Below, piece by piece: positions 24,267 to 35,804 of a DNA stretch of 64,000 nt; position 1 is the stretch's first letter; every line of letters starts with the position of its first letter. The stretch is taken from IMG/VR virus record IMGVR_UViG_3300025831_000403; one strand, given 5' to 3'. Position numbers and translations under genes: made by a program. The DNA comes from a virus. The notes under the pieces were generated by a model. The model was not told where the DNA came from and searched no databases. It saw only the letters and a program-made list of their open reading frames with translations.

Positions 24267-25414
24267 ATGAAAAAAACTTCTTTATTATTAAGTGGGGGCA
24301 CGTGCTGCATACCAGGTTGGAGTATTAAAAGCAATAAGTGACATTGTTAAATTAGACGAACCAACTTTCAAAATTTTTTGTGGAGTGTCAGCAGGTGCTA
24401 TAAATGCAGTCCATCTAGCAACTGAAAATGATACACCAAATGTGGCAATAGATAATCTTTTAAAGATTTGGCAAAATTTCCATGTTAGTGAAATTTATAA
24501 AACGGATAGCTTTAGTATATTAAAAACTGCATACCCTTGGATTAAAACTTTTATTCCATTTTGAAAAAGAGATATAGAAAGTAAGCCAATGTATTTTGGG
24601 GACAATAGCCCATTAAAGGAATTATTGCAAAAAATAAATTACAATAAAATACAAGAACAAATTAAAAATAATTATGTCCAAGCTTGTAGTGTTACTTGTT
24701 CTTCATACCATATGGGTCAAAGTGTTACTTTTTTTGAAGGAAAAGACAGTATTAAAAATTGAGATAAAGAAAGAAGAATTGGACTTAAAACTGAGTTAAA
24801 TTATGAACATTTATTAGCTAGTAGTTCTTTACCTATGATTTTTCCTGCCCAAAAAATAAAACAAGAATGGTTTGGAGACGGAAGCATGAGGCAACTAGCA
24901 CCATTAAGTTCATCAATTCATTTAGGTGCTGATAAAATATTGATTATGGGAACAGGTAAGGCATCACAATATAAAACACAAAGTTTAGTAAGTGATGATA
25001 TTACTATTGATATTAAGCAAAAACAATATCCTAGTCCAGCACAAATTAGTGGACATATTTTAAATGGATTATTTATAGATAGCTTATATTCTGATCTTGA
25101 GAGATTTCAGAGAACCAATGAAATGGCTGATAGATTTAATAGTAACAATAAAAATATTGATTTTCCCATAAAAAATAGATTTATTTATTATAAATCCTAG
25201 TAAGAAAATAGATGAAATAGCGAGTATGTATGTAAAAGAGCTTCCACAAAACATTCTTAAATTATTAAATAGAATTGGAGCTACTGAAAAACTTGGTGGA
25301 GGTTTAGCTTCATATCTATTATTTGAAAAATCATATTGTAATGAATTAATAGAGCTAGGATATGAAGATGCATGGATTCAAAAATCATCAATCTTGAAGT
25401 TTTTTGAAAAGTAA
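24267..25414 (+). pseudogene. Patatin-like phospholipase, multiply interrupted
   Basis: LLLSG.ARAAYQVGVL, GVSAGA, ASSSLP, DGSMRQ motifs; frameshifts near 24295 and 25190, in-frame TGA at 24562 and 24760. Confidence 0.85.
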
Positions 25415-25426
25415 AGGCAGTAAACA

Positions 25427-26308
25427 TTAAGTTATTTCTGTAGTTATGGTTTGTAGATATTTTATTTTATTTATTTTGTTTTTGAAAAACTTAATAAAAG
25501 TAAATAAAACAGAAATTAATATTACATTTAAAGATAAACTTAATATTAATTCAATATTAAAAATAATGAGGAATATATTTAAAATTACTGTTGGAATAAA
25601 AATTAGTCTCCATTGTTTACTTTCTTTATAAACAAAGGTAAGAATCATGAGTTCAATTAACTTGTAAAGACTATAAGAAGATTTTCCACTATATCTTTGT
25701 TCTTTATTCCCAAATAAGCTTTTAGCTTCGTATCTTAAATAAAATAGGTCTAAAGGAAAACTCAATAAATTAACATTTAATTTAATTATTTGGTTTACTA
25801 CATTTCTAGTTACTAACTTAAAATTAGCCCCACTATTTTTAACATTTTCATGCATAAATAAAGAATAGGTATTAATAGCTAAACGTGATGCTAGATTTCT
25901 AAAGAAATCTGTATGATTTTTAACTGTTATTTGATGAATTTGAATATTAGTATTATTGATATAAGATTCAAGTAGTAAAAGTATATCAGTTGGGTTATCT
26001 TGTAAATCACAGTCCATGACAATAACTAAATCACCTGTTGATTTTCTAAGTCCATGTAATATAGAAATATGTTGTCCATAATTAACTTCATTACTCAATA
26101 TAATAATGTTATTTTTAAAGTTTTCGGCTTTAATTTTAGTTAATATAGCTAATGAGTTATCTATAGAACAATCTTCAATATAAATTATCTCAAAAGTGTA
26201 AGGAGTATAAGATATTACATCTATAATTCTATTGTTAAGCTCAATTAAGCAGTCTTGAGCTTGATATACAGGAATAACAATACTTATCTTTAAATTGGCA
26301 TAGTTCAC
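25427..26308 (-). CDS. GT2 glycosyltransferase (GtrB/ArnC/DPM-synthase-like)
   Basis: ISIVIPVY, EDCSID, NYGQH, MDCDLQD, C-terminal TM helices. Confidence 0.9.
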   Translation of the reverse strand: MNYANLKISIVIPVYQAQDCLIELNNRIIDVISYTPYTFEIIYIEDCSIDNSLAILTKIKAENFKNNIIILSNEVNYGQHISILHGLRKSTGDLVIVMDCDLQDNPTDILLLLESYINNTNIQIHQITVKNHTDFFRNLASRLAINTYSLFMHENVKNSGANFKLVTRNVVNQIIKLNVNLLSFPLDLFYLRYEAKSLFGNKEQRYSGKSSYSLYKLIELMILTFVYKESKQWRLIFIPTVILNIFLIIFNIELILSLSLNVILISVLFTFIKFFKNKINKIKYLQTITTEIT

Positions 26309-27096
26309 TTATCACCTAATTTTGTTTTGTGAAAAATATAAAAACTTTCATCATATTCTAATCCAAGTTTTAAAAGCTGTTTAAAAACAGTTTTGTTGGT
26401 AATTTGAGTTGCAGTTGTGCAATATAAAACATTATTCAACATAGCTTGAAAAGAACCATGCATAATCATCGCAGAATATAAGTTTTTAGAACGATAGGAT
26501 GAATCAACACAACTCAAGTTACCATTAAGTATGGTTTTATTTTCATCAGAAAAACTAGAAAAAGCAAAACCAACAATTTTATTTTTAGCTTCATCAATAA
26601 CAACAGAATTACCAATATTAATTTCTTTATTCATTCCAGATGTAAACCAATCAATATATATTTCTTTTGTATAATCTTTATCTTTATTTATTAATCTATT
26701 TTGATGGTAATGACTTTTATAATTAGAAAAACATTGATCAATTAATTCAATAATTACAGTTAAATCCTCAATAACTGGTTTGCGAATAGAAAATTTTTCA
26801 ATTTTAATTAAATCAATAAGCTCATGATAAGAAGACTCTATTAACTCTTTTTTTCTTTTAAGGTCTAATTTAAATTGAAGTTGTGTGTCCATAAGTTTAA
26901 AACCTTTTTCTTCAAGTAAGTGAACTAACTCAAAATTTTCAGTTTTAATTTTTGATATAATTAAATCATAGGGACTTTCATCAAGTTCTTTGACAATATT
27001 AGAAAGAACATAATTATTTTTATAAATTTCTAGCTTTGCTGCATTTAAATTAAATCTGTTAGATTCTAGAGGTGATGATTGCAAGTATTGAGTCAT
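26305..27096 (-). CDS. GNAT acetyltransferase (WecD/RffC-like)
   Basis: CVDSSYRSKNLY acetyl-CoA motif, TQITN, overall WecD-like layout. Confidence 0.7.
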   Translation of the reverse strand: MTQYLQSSPLESNRFNLNAAKLEIYKNNYVLSNIVKELDESPYDLIISKIKTENFELVHLLEEKGFKLMDTQLQFKLDLKRKKELIESSYHELIDLIKIEKFSIRKPVIEDLTVIIELIDQCFSNYKSHYHQNRLINKDKDYTKEIYIDWFTSGMNKEINIGNSVVIDEAKNKIVGFAFSSFSDENKTILNGNLSCVDSSYRSKNLYSAMIMHGSFQAMLNNVLYCTTATQITNKTVFKQLLKLGLEYDESFYIFHKTKLGDK

Positions 27097-27222
27097 AATT
27101 CTACCTTTATATTGATAGGAAGTATATAGTTAAAGTTGGGTAAAGTCAATATGGTCAAAAAGAAACATTGACTTTAGTTGTTAGTTGTATAAAATGAATG
27201 ACTTGTTCTTGCACAATAGTTT

Positions 27223-28245
27223 GTGTTTTATATAAGGGATATAGTTATGGGTTTGTTTGTAAACAATAATAAATTATTTATTTTTTCTAGTATTTTATTA
27301 CTATTCTATATTTTAAATACTGAAGTTTATTTTGATGCTATAGATTATAGTATGCAAGTGAAAGATGATAGTTTTTTTCATTTTTTTACTTCTTGGCCAC
27401 CGAGCGATACATTCCCAAATTTTGAGTTGAGATTTATTAATGTTTCAAGGATTATTTCTTATTTTTTAAATAAGGTGTTTTTCCCATTTTTTACAATTAT
27501 TTTTATAATATTAAGTGTTATCTCTTTACTTTTTGTAATACATAAAATAACAAATCAAAAAACTATAAGTAATGAGTATAGTTTTTTTAACGATTTTATA
27601 GCTGCAAGCTTAGTTTTAAGTCCAATGTCGTATGTGTATTTAAAAGTTTTGAATCCTTATTCAATATTTTTTATATTAACACCATATATATTCTTAGCAA
27701 AGTCACCGAAAGACTTTAAACGGCTATTTATTACAATAGGTTTGTATCCATCTAATTTAATTTATTATTTTTATACATTAGGTGTTTATTTATTTAAGCA
27801 AATAAAAATAAAAGAATATATTAACATATTTATGTTTTATAGCTCTATTGTTTTATTTTTAGGAAATATATTATATTATTCAATCAAATATTATATGTTT
27901 TATGGAATGATTTATATTTCAAAAATAATGGGAAATTATTCATTAAATCATTATATTATATTAATATCTTGTATTTTTTTCCTTTATTTCTATAGTTTAA
28001 TGGTTTATAAAAACTACAAAACAAAAGATGTAGAGTTTTCATTATTAAACTTTTTTTTAATTTCTTCTTTAGTAAAAGATATAAATATTGTTGGTATAAA
28101 TTATTTTAAAAATGAAATAATAAAATTAGATGGTCAATTATTTGGATTTGATAATGAAATAAGAGTTGTTACTTTTAGTAAGGAAGGAACAAAAACATGC
28201 TTAGATGTTGTTGATGAAATTGTTCGTATAAATAAAAAAATGTAA
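27223..28245 (+). CDS. Polytopic membrane protein
   Basis: Many hydrophobic segments; divergent from the GT2/GNAT pair. Confidence 0.6.
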   Translation: MFYIRDIVMGLFVNNNKLFIFSSILLLFYILNTEVYFDAIDYSMQVKDDSFFHFFTSWPPSDTFPNFELRFINVSRIISYFLNKVFFPFFTIIFIILSVISLLFVIHKITNQKTISNEYSFFNDFIAASLVLSPMSYVYLKVLNPYSIFFILTPYIFLAKSPKDFKRLFITIGLYPSNLIYYFYTLGVYLFKQIKIKEYINIFMFYSSIVLFLGNILYYSIKYYMFYGMIYISKIMGNYSLNHYIILISCIFFLYFYSLMVYKNYKTKDVEFSLLNFFLISSLVKDINIVGINYFKNEIIKLDGQLFGFDNEIRVVTFSKEGTKTCLDVVDEIVRINKKM

Positions 28246-28305
28246 TCAGTATTTACATTAAAAATAAAAACAATAGAATATATATCATCATATAAAAGAA
28301 TAAAA

Positions 28306-29418
28306 TTATTTCAGTTTAAGTTTTGAAGTGATATTATCTTCTTTAATTAATGAAAGTTGAATTTGTCTTAATTCATTAATGTTATCTATATCTTTTATTA
28401 AAATTTTTCTTATTTGTTGGAAATCTAAATTATCGTTTCCACTTTTTAAGTTTAAAACTAACTGTTCACAATCTCTCATAATATTTACTGCACTAGGGAA
28501 AAAAACTCTTTTATTAACTTCATGTCCTTCTATTCTAAACATACAATGAGTTAATATTTTCATGTAGTCCTGGTAGTCAATATTTTCACTTCTCATATAT
28601 CTTATAAAGTCATTATTTTGTTTTAAGTAGGCATAATAAGCTGTTTTACCTTCTTTCGTGTGACCATCTATTCCGGCAGAAATAATTTCCATTCCTAACT
28701 TACTGTTAAAATAACTTGTTTCTTTAATGTAGTTATTTTCAATAACAGAACCAACTTTAATATACGATGAAGGAATTTTTGATTCGTTATTATATAGGGA
28801 TTGAACAATTGGTAAACCTAATGATATGTTTTCTATTTGAGTTAAATAAGCATATTTAATAACTTTATTTAATTCTGTTGTTAGCTTCATTTTACTTACT
28901 AATTCAATAAATCTATCAATGTCATCAATTTTTTTATCTTTAGTATTAATCGGGTAATTTAATCTAAAATCCAAAAGTTCATTTTTAAATTTAGCATTAC
29001 CTAATATAATCCATCCAGCATTAACTCTACTGACATAATCTTGTTTTTCATCTAAAAATATGGAATCAAGTTCCTCATCATTTTTAAAAGTTAAGTTGAA
29101 ATAAGATGAAAGGTAAGCTAGGTCGCAACTAGATCTATCTTTTACTGAATTACAAGCCTTTTCTACAATAGATACAATAAAGTCTAGTCCACCTCTTTCA
29201 TTTATTTTAGCTTTTTCAAGATTAGTTTCTAAATATTCTTCTAATAATTTAATGTTAGCAATTCCAACATCTTCTGTAATGATAGTGCCTAAACGATAAG
29301 TTAAATAAGAACGATCATGTTCCCATAAAAATTCCACATAAGGTTTTGCTAAATCAAATCTACCACGTCTAATACTTTTTTGTAATGAACTACAAACTAA
29401 CCATTTATAATCTTTCAT
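28306..29418 (-). CDS. Protein with MgsA/RarA-like helical domain
   Basis: SSLQKSIRRG and EDVGIA motifs; no Walker A. Confidence 0.6.
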   Translation of the reverse strand: MKDYKWLVCSSLQKSIRRGRFDLAKPYVEFLWEHDRSYLTYRLGTIITEDVGIANIKLLEEYLETNLEKAKINERGGLDFIVSIVEKACNSVKDRSSCDLAYLSSYFNLTFKNDEELDSIFLDEKQDYVSRVNAGWIILGNAKFKNELLDFRLNYPINTKDKKIDDIDRFIELVSKMKLTTELNKVIKYAYLTQIENISLGLPIVQSLYNNESKIPSSYIKVGSVIENNYIKETSYFNSKLGMEIISAGIDGHTKEGKTAYYAYLKQNNDFIRYMRSENIDYQDYMKILTHCMFRIEGHEVNKRVFFPSAVNIMRDCEQLVLNLKSGNDNLDFQQIRKILIKDIDNINELRQIQLSLIKEDNITSKLKLK

Positions 29419-29541
29419 CTTTATTCCTGTTCTCTTATCTTTATTATTTTATAAGAAAATTTATTAAAAACAATGTTAATAAAATAGTTAAATGTAATTT
29501 TCATAAAATATGATATGATTGCTTATTTAAAGGAATGAAAA

Positions 29542-30132
29542 ATGAAAAATAAAATCATTGCACTAGATTGTGACGGAGTTTTGTTAGATTATAATAAAGG
29601 GTGGGGGAAAAGTTTATGCTGAATTTACAGGTAGACAATTAGAGGTTAAAAATATAAATGCTTATCATGCTATTGATTATTGGGGTGTTAATCTAGAGGG
29701 TGAACATAGAGAGCAATTTTTTAAATTTTTCAATATAAATGGATGGAAAAACTTACCAGCAATTGAAGGGGCAATTGAGGCAACACATAAACTTAAAGAA
29801 TGTGGATACAAAATTTTTGTTATTACAAGTATGCCAAAAGAAGCTGAAATGGATCGTGAAGCTAATTTAAAAAAATTAGGTTTTTCTTTTGATAGTGTAA
29901 TTGCTACAGGAAGTAGTAAGGGGAAAAATCCTAAAAAAAATATATTGAAGCATTAAATCCACATTATTTTGTTGATGATTTATTAAAAAATTTTAAGCAA
30001 ATTGAAAATGATTTAACTAAATTTGTATTTATTAAACCTAAAGATTCAGATTTTGAGAAAACGATTGAGGCACATGTTAAATATCAAACACATCATAATT
30101 TATTAAATTTTGTTAATAATATTTTAAATTGA
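29542..30132 (+). pseudogene. HAD-family 5'(3')-deoxyribonucleotidase, two homopolymer frameshifts
   Basis: ALDCDGVLLDY, ITS, FVDD motifs; breaks near 29605 (G/A run) and 29940 (A run). Confidence 0.8.
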
Positions 30133-30148
30133 ATTTATCATATGGTAA

Positions 30149-30718
30149 ATGTTGTTTAATTATGATTTAATAATAAAGGATAATATAAAAACAATGAAAA
30201 TACTTATAATAAAACCGTTAAAAGATATAACTATTCTTGACTTTAATCAATATCTTATTTTTAAAGAAAATAATTTTAAAAAACAACTTGAGAAGACATG
30301 GTTAGAACTTAAGTCTATTGCTAATTTAAAATCAGAAATATCAGATATGGTGTTTTACTCAAATATTTATGATATAGAGGATATTAATAAAATAGAGCAT
30401 TTACCTATTTTAGTTATAAATAAAACATTAACAAAAGCTGGGATTAGTTTTTTTTCTAACGAATCTGGATTTATTAATTATAATGAATTAATTATTACAA
30501 ATAAAATTAGCACACATACAACATTTCCAAATAATAAAGAAAATTATTACAGTATATTAACGATGATAATTGAAAATGATTTCATTCAGTTTGAACTTGA
30601 AAAAAATGAATTAATAAGACCTAATTTATATAATGAATTACACAAATACTATAATGTAACTATATTGGAAAAAAATTTAAATAAAAATGATATAAAAAAG
30701 AATAGAATAAAAGTATAA
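30149..30718 (+). CDS. Hypothetical protein with basic C-terminal tail
   Basis: Ends LEKNLNKNDIKKNRIKV. Confidence 0.65.
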   Translation: MLFNYDLIIKDNIKTMKILIIKPLKDITILDFNQYLIFKENNFKKQLEKTWLELKSIANLKSEISDMVFYSNIYDIEDINKIEHLPILVINKTLTKAGISFFSNESGFINYNELIITNKISTHTTFPNNKENYYSILTMIIENDFIQFELEKNELIRPNLYNELHKYYNVTILEKNLNKNDIKKNRIKV

Positions 30719-30749
30719 AATATTGACAGCAATTTGTTATTAAATTACA

Positions 30750-32082
30750 ATGGAAAATTACTTTATAACAAATATGAAAAATACACATACTATTGATAAT
30801 TTTAAAAAAATAATGTTTACAAACAATATTCGTTATAATCCAGAAACTCAAGAATTTAAAACAAAAGATTCAATTATAAAACAACCATTATCTAAGATTA
30901 GAGTTGGAACTGCATTTTCTGGAATTGGCTCTTTTGAGCAATCATTAGAAATTTTAAATGTTCCTCATGAAATTGTTTTTGCTTGTGATAATGGTGGTAT
31001 CCTTTTTGAAGATATTGCTAGCTCAGAAGAATTAATAGAAATTGAAAAATTACAAAATAAAAAAGAAAAATTAGCTTTAGTTGAATCTATTTATAAAAAA
31101 GCAAGAAAAACTAATTTTGTAAAGAAAAGTTATTTGGAAAATTATGAATTAAAAGAAGATGATTTTTATCATGATGTTAGATTTTTAGGTTCTCATATCG
31201 GTAAAGAAATAGATATTTTTGTTGGAGGAAGTCCTTGCCAATCATTTTCTATGGCAGGTAAACGTGGTGGATTTGAAGATACAAGAGGAACATTGTTTTT
31301 TGAGTTTGCTCGTTGTGTTAAAGAATTTCAACCCAAAGTGTTTATTTATGAAAATGTAAAAGGGTTGTTAAGTCATGACAAAGGAAAAACTTTTGAAACA
31401 ATGCTTAATACCTTTGATGAATTAGGTTATAAGTATCATTACCAGGTTCTAAATGCTAAAGATTATGGAATACCACAAAATAGACAACGTATATTTGTAA
31501 TAGGTTTTTAATGATCATGAACGAGTTTTTGAATTTCCAAAACCATTTCCTCTTGAAACTACAATGGCTCATTTTTTACAAGAACAAGTTAATTCTAAAT
31601 ATTATTTATCTGAAACTCAACTTTCTTTTGTTAGGAATCCAGAAAAACAAAAGAAAAAATATACTCAAATTGATGGAACAATAGGATTGTGTCAAAGGTC
31701 TTGTCAACAATACAATTTACATGGTGATTTTGTTGCTGAAAAATATTATTTATCAGATAAATTAATTCAATATGTAATGAGTGATGGAACTAAAAATTTC
31801 AAAGTAAAACCAACTATAGACACTGAGATTTCTAAAACACTATTAGCTAGTATGCATAAAATGCATAGAGCAAGTTTTGACAATTATGTGACAGGCAAGG
31901 ATAAAAGACTTAGAAAATTAACCCCAAGAGAGTGTTTAAGGCTAATGGGGTTTTGCGATACATTTGAACAGGTTGTTTCTGATGTGCAAATGTATAAACA
32001 AGCTGGTAATTCTATTGTTGTTGATGTCCTTTTGGCAATAACAGAAGAAATAATTAAAACTGGTGTTTTTAATTTAGAATAA
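30750..32082 (+). CDS. dcm: C5-cytosine DNA methyltransferase split by a frameshift in a T run near 31505
   Basis: FSGIG, GSPCQSFS, ENV, QNRQRIF, then RKLTPRECLRLMGF and YKQAGNS. Confidence 0.9.
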
Positions 32083-32439
32083 ATGAAGATAACTTTTATG
32101 ATTTTTTTTGTATTTCTGCAATTTCTTCATGTAACCAATAAAAGTAGTTTACATGTTTAACTTCTTTTTTGTTAATTTCCCCAATTACCAAAAGAAAATA
32201 GACATTTATAGCTAAGTCATTTTTTGGAAATAATTGAATATCTAAATGGCAATAATCTTCTTCATTTTTTTATTAATTAATTTAACAAAAATAATTTTTT
32301 CTAATATTTTTTGAATATAACCATTCATGGTATTATGAACGATTAATTTAGGAAATTTTATTAGTAAGTCAGAGATTATTGCATTTGTTTTAGTAGACAT
32401 TCTGAATTGTTTTAGTTTGGATATAACTTATCTTTATTT

Positions 32440-32792
32440 ACAGTATAAGTTCAAGGCAAATTAGAGTTTTCCAACCATTAACATCTCTCCGTCTAGCTTT
32501 AGACATATTACCCTCAAATCATTCAACTACACTGCTGTATACATTTGTAAAGCCAGCTTTAGATAATAAGTCAACAGCTTTTGAACTTCTATCTCCAGAC
32601 TAACAAGTTGTTGTTATTTTTATTAACAATCTCATTAGATTCCTTAGGTGTCATATAAAGGTGTAATGCTGAATTTTTCTTTAAACTTAAAGAATCTTCT
32701 TGGATGCTCGGTTTAAAATTCAAATTAGTTGCATAAGCAATGTTCCAAAATTAAGTTATTGCCAACAAAGATATAGCTAATATCTTTTTCAT
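32440..32792 (-). pseudogene. Decayed rhodanese-like protein
   Basis: Fragments C*SGDRSSKAVDLLSKAGFTNVYSSVVE*FEG...NGWK with several stops. Confidence 0.65.
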
Positions 32793-32951
32793 TTTTTATA
32801 TCAAAGGTATATAATAGAAAAATATAACATATTAATAAACATAAATCAAAAAAAAAGTTAAAATCAATTATTTGAAACATAATTTTAAGATTGATGGCTT
32901 GCACCTTGCAATGTATACAGAGCTTCTAAAGATTCTCTGTGAGATTAGTTA

Positions 32952-33377
32952 TTATTTTCTTTTTAATAAATAATTTACTTTACCAACTGTAAAATTTTTT
33001 AATTTGGTTCCATAATTTACAACTGAATAATTTACTGAAATTATTACCTTATCTTTTTTCTCTTTAAGATGGTCTGCATAATTATTATTTAACCAGGAGA
33101 TTAAAGGTTCTGGTTTTTCATTTTTTTTAATCATATCTTCAACATATACTCTATATCTTTTTTTTAATTCTTGTGCTGCAATATACACACCCCCAATAAC
33201 AATGCCACCAGGTAGCACTATTACAGTTGTTCCTATAACAATTTTATCTAAAGGCATTTCCGATACATCTTTAATGCTTTTTTGAGTAAAACTTTTAGCT
33301 TTAAAGGCATACTGAATAAAATTTTCTAATTCCATTGATTTCTTTATTGTATTAAATATAGTATAAAATTTTTTCAT
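32952..33377 (-). CDS. Hypothetical protein with one TM helix
   Basis: VIVLPGGIVIGGVYIA segment. Confidence 0.55.
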   Translation of the reverse strand: MKKFYTIFNTIKKSMELENFIQYAFKAKSFTQKSIKDVSEMPLDKIVIGTTVIVLPGGIVIGGVYIAAQELKKRYRVYVEDMIKKNEKPEPLISWLNNNYADHLKEKKDKVIISVNYSVVNYGTKLKNFTVGKVNYLLKRK

Positions 33378-33501
33378 AAATTCATTATAGGCGAAAAAGT
33401 AAAAATAGATAGATGGTTGTATTTTTTTTCTAAACGGAATAAAGTTTTACATTTTATTTTATTGTATTAAAATTAGTTTAACTAATCTAATCAATCATAT
33501 T

Positions 33502-33756
33502 ATGAAAAAAAGTATAAAAAGCCCTGCAATTTTAGCAATTATTCCAAGAGGTGATACAAATAACTTTTCTGTTTTCTATGCAGACTCTTTTTATGTTTTA
33601 TTGGGAAATGGGAAATTAAAAGGTATGGATGACGGATTTATTCCAGATGTGTCTATGGTGAAAGAAATGCAGGAAAATATAGACATTGCTTTGGCTAAAA
33701 TTGATACTTATGTTAAAGAGCTTAATACTGCTAAAGAATTAGAAAAATATGTTTAA
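33502..33756 (+). CDS. Hypothetical protein
   Basis: 84-aa ORF translationally coupled to next gene. Confidence 0.55.
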   Translation: MKKSIKSPAILAIIPRGDTNNFSVFYADSFYVLLGNGKLKGMDDGFIPDVSMVKEMQENIDIALAKIDTYVKELNTAKELEKYV

Positions 33757-34756
33757 TGTTGTTCTTGGTGACATAATAGGTTCTAGATTTGAATTTTTTT
33801 CAACTCAAGAAACTGATGTTAGGCTATTTCATAGTGCATGCTCATGGACAGATGATACTGTTTGCACATATGCTGTATCTAAAGTATGTGAAATAATAAA
33901 AACAAATGAAAGTTTTACTGATGAAGAAATAGAACAGTTGTTTTTTAATGAATTTAAAAGTATTGTTTCCAAGTTTCCAATGGCTGGATATGGTAAATCA
34001 TTTTTTAAGTGGACGACTCAAAATAAATATCAATCATCTAATAGTAAAGGTAATGGTTGCTTAATGAGAATTACTCCAATAATAATACATTTTGATGATT
34101 GGGAGAAAATTAAAAAAATTGGTTATTTATGCACAAAAACTAGCCATAATCACGAAGAGTCTTTTAAGACAACAGAATGTTATTTAAAAATTCTTTTTAC
34201 ATTAAAGAAAACACCAAATAATCCAAAAGAAATTGTTAGCAATATTTTTAAAGAATACGGTTATGATTTAGTTTCTGTTAATAAATATCATGAATTATCA
34301 GGTTATTACATCTATGCTGAAGATACATTGCCTCGTGTTATCAGTTGTTATTTGGAATCTAATTCTTTTGAGGAAACATGTAAAAATGTATTGTTTATAG
34401 GTTCAGACACGGATACAAATTGTGCTATTGCTGGTGCTTTATGTGAATTAACATATGGTGTTAATAATACAAATATTCAAGAGTTATTTAGATACTTTGA
34501 CCATAAAAGTTTTTTTATAATTAATCATATGGCAGAAGTTTATGCACAAAATTTCACATCATCAATTTGGCTGACAGAGCAAAATAAATCATTAATTCTT
34601 AAATTAAAAGATTATCAAGCTATTGATGTTACTGCAGCCTGGGATCCATTAGAGCTTCCAAGTGATGAAGAATACTATAAATACAAACCAAATAAATACA
34701 AACCAAATAAATACAATAAATTTAAAAATTGGATAAAATCAATCAAATTAAATTAA
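33749..34756 (+). CDS. ADP-ribosylglycohydrolase (ARH/DraG family)
   Basis: GDIIGS, WTDDT, GNGCLMR, GSDTDT motifs. Confidence 0.92.
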   Translation: MFNVVLGDIIGSRFEFFSTQETDVRLFHSACSWTDDTVCTYAVSKVCEIIKTNESFTDEEIEQLFFNEFKSIVSKFPMAGYGKSFFKWTTQNKYQSSNSKGNGCLMRITPIIIHFDDWEKIKKIGYLCTKTSHNHEESFKTTECYLKILFTLKKTPNNPKEIVSNIFKEYGYDLVSVNKYHELSGYYIYAEDTLPRVISCYLESNSFEETCKNVLFIGSDTDTNCAIAGALCELTYGVNNTNIQELFRYFDHKSFFIINHMAEVYAQNFTSSIWLTEQNKSLILKLKDYQAIDVTAAWDPLELPSDEEYYKYKPNKYKPNKYNKFKNWIKSIKLN

Positions 34757-34792
34757 ATAGGTTTATTTGTTTTGTTCATTTTGTTATTTAAA

Positions 34793-35131
34793 CTAGAATC
34801 TCTTATTTTTTATATTATCAATAACTTCATTAGATATTAATTCAATACAACCTGCCCAATGAGTTTCTTTTATATTATTATTATTTTTATCTAGAACAAA
34901 AATTGTATTTTCATTAAATTCTTTATCTTTTATTTTACATTTTTTAGAAGCCAAAAATCCATTTTCATCAGTTTTTTTAAATCCAAAATGTGTAATTTTA
35001 AAAAAATTAACAATTGGTTCATTAATAATATAATCAATAAATTCTTTTTCTGTTTTAAATGTTAAGTCTGGAAAATACTGAGTATTTGAAATTTTTTGTA
35101 AAGAATTTCTTCCTATTGGCCTTATAAACAT
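34793..35131 (-). CDS. Hypothetical protein
   Basis: 112-aa ORF with AGGA RBS. Confidence 0.55.
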   Translation of the reverse strand: MFIRPIGRNSLQKISNTQYFPDLTFKTEKEFIDYIINEPIVNFFKITHFGFKKTDENGFLASKKCKIKDKEFNENTIFVLDKNNNNIKETHWAGCIELISNEVIDNIKNKRF

Positions 35132-35302
35132 ATTTTATCCTATTTTTTAAAATATAAATTTATTATATATAATATTTTTTTATATGCCAATGATTTTATA
35201 ATATAAATTATAAATTGAAGTTGTTAAGTTATGTGATTATGTTTTAGGATTAGATAGTAATTTCCACAATTATTGCTATTTGTTTAAGTTGCAGTATAAT
35301 TA

Positions 35303-35743
35303 TTGTACCTAGATAAAGATAAAAATATGAAATATCCTGTAATTTGTTTAATAGAAGAAGATACTAATCATAAAGTGTTTATTATTCCAAATAAAAATAG
35401 CTTAATAGACTATGCAAAATCAGTTAAAAATAATGAATTAGATAAATTAAAATTTGGAATTTCTGTATTCTTAAGTTTAATGCCAAAATCAATAATTAAA
35501 GAGCCTGAAAACTTATTCTTAGAGGATATTCAATTACACAGTTTAAGGGTTAAGTCTATTGGAAAAAATATTATAAAATTTAATGAGCAGACTCTTTTTG
35601 GAGCTAATGATTATGATTGTTTTTTCTTGATGAATAATAAACCACTACAATCAATTGATAATTGTGATTTAGATAGTATTTCTGAAATAGTAAAAATCAA
35701 TACAAATAATGCCATTAATAAACAGCAATTGAAATTACATTAG
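35303..35743 (+). CDS. Hypothetical protein
   Basis: 146-aa ORF. Confidence 0.55.
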   Translation: MYLDKDKNMKYPVICLIEEDTNHKVFIIPNKNSLIDYAKSVKNNELDKLKFGISVFLSLMPKSIIKEPENLFLEDIQLHSLRVKSIGKNIIKFNEQTLFGANDYDCFFLMNNKPLQSIDNCDLDSISEIVKINTNNAINKQQLKLH

Positions 35744-35804
35744 TTTTTAATTTAATAATTTGACTGAATCACTTTATCTATTACATCAACAGTATCATAG
35801 ATAT

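Noticed and set aside
24267-25414. TGA-to-Trp recoding suggested by two in-frame TGA codons in the patatin gene
   Set aside because: TGG is used for Trp throughout, TGA ends genes at plausible C-termini (e.g. 4605), premature TAA and TAG also occur, and the same gene has frameshifts
34678-34718. 15-bp tandem repeat encoding KYKPN
   Set aside because: In-frame low-complexity tail of the ARH protein
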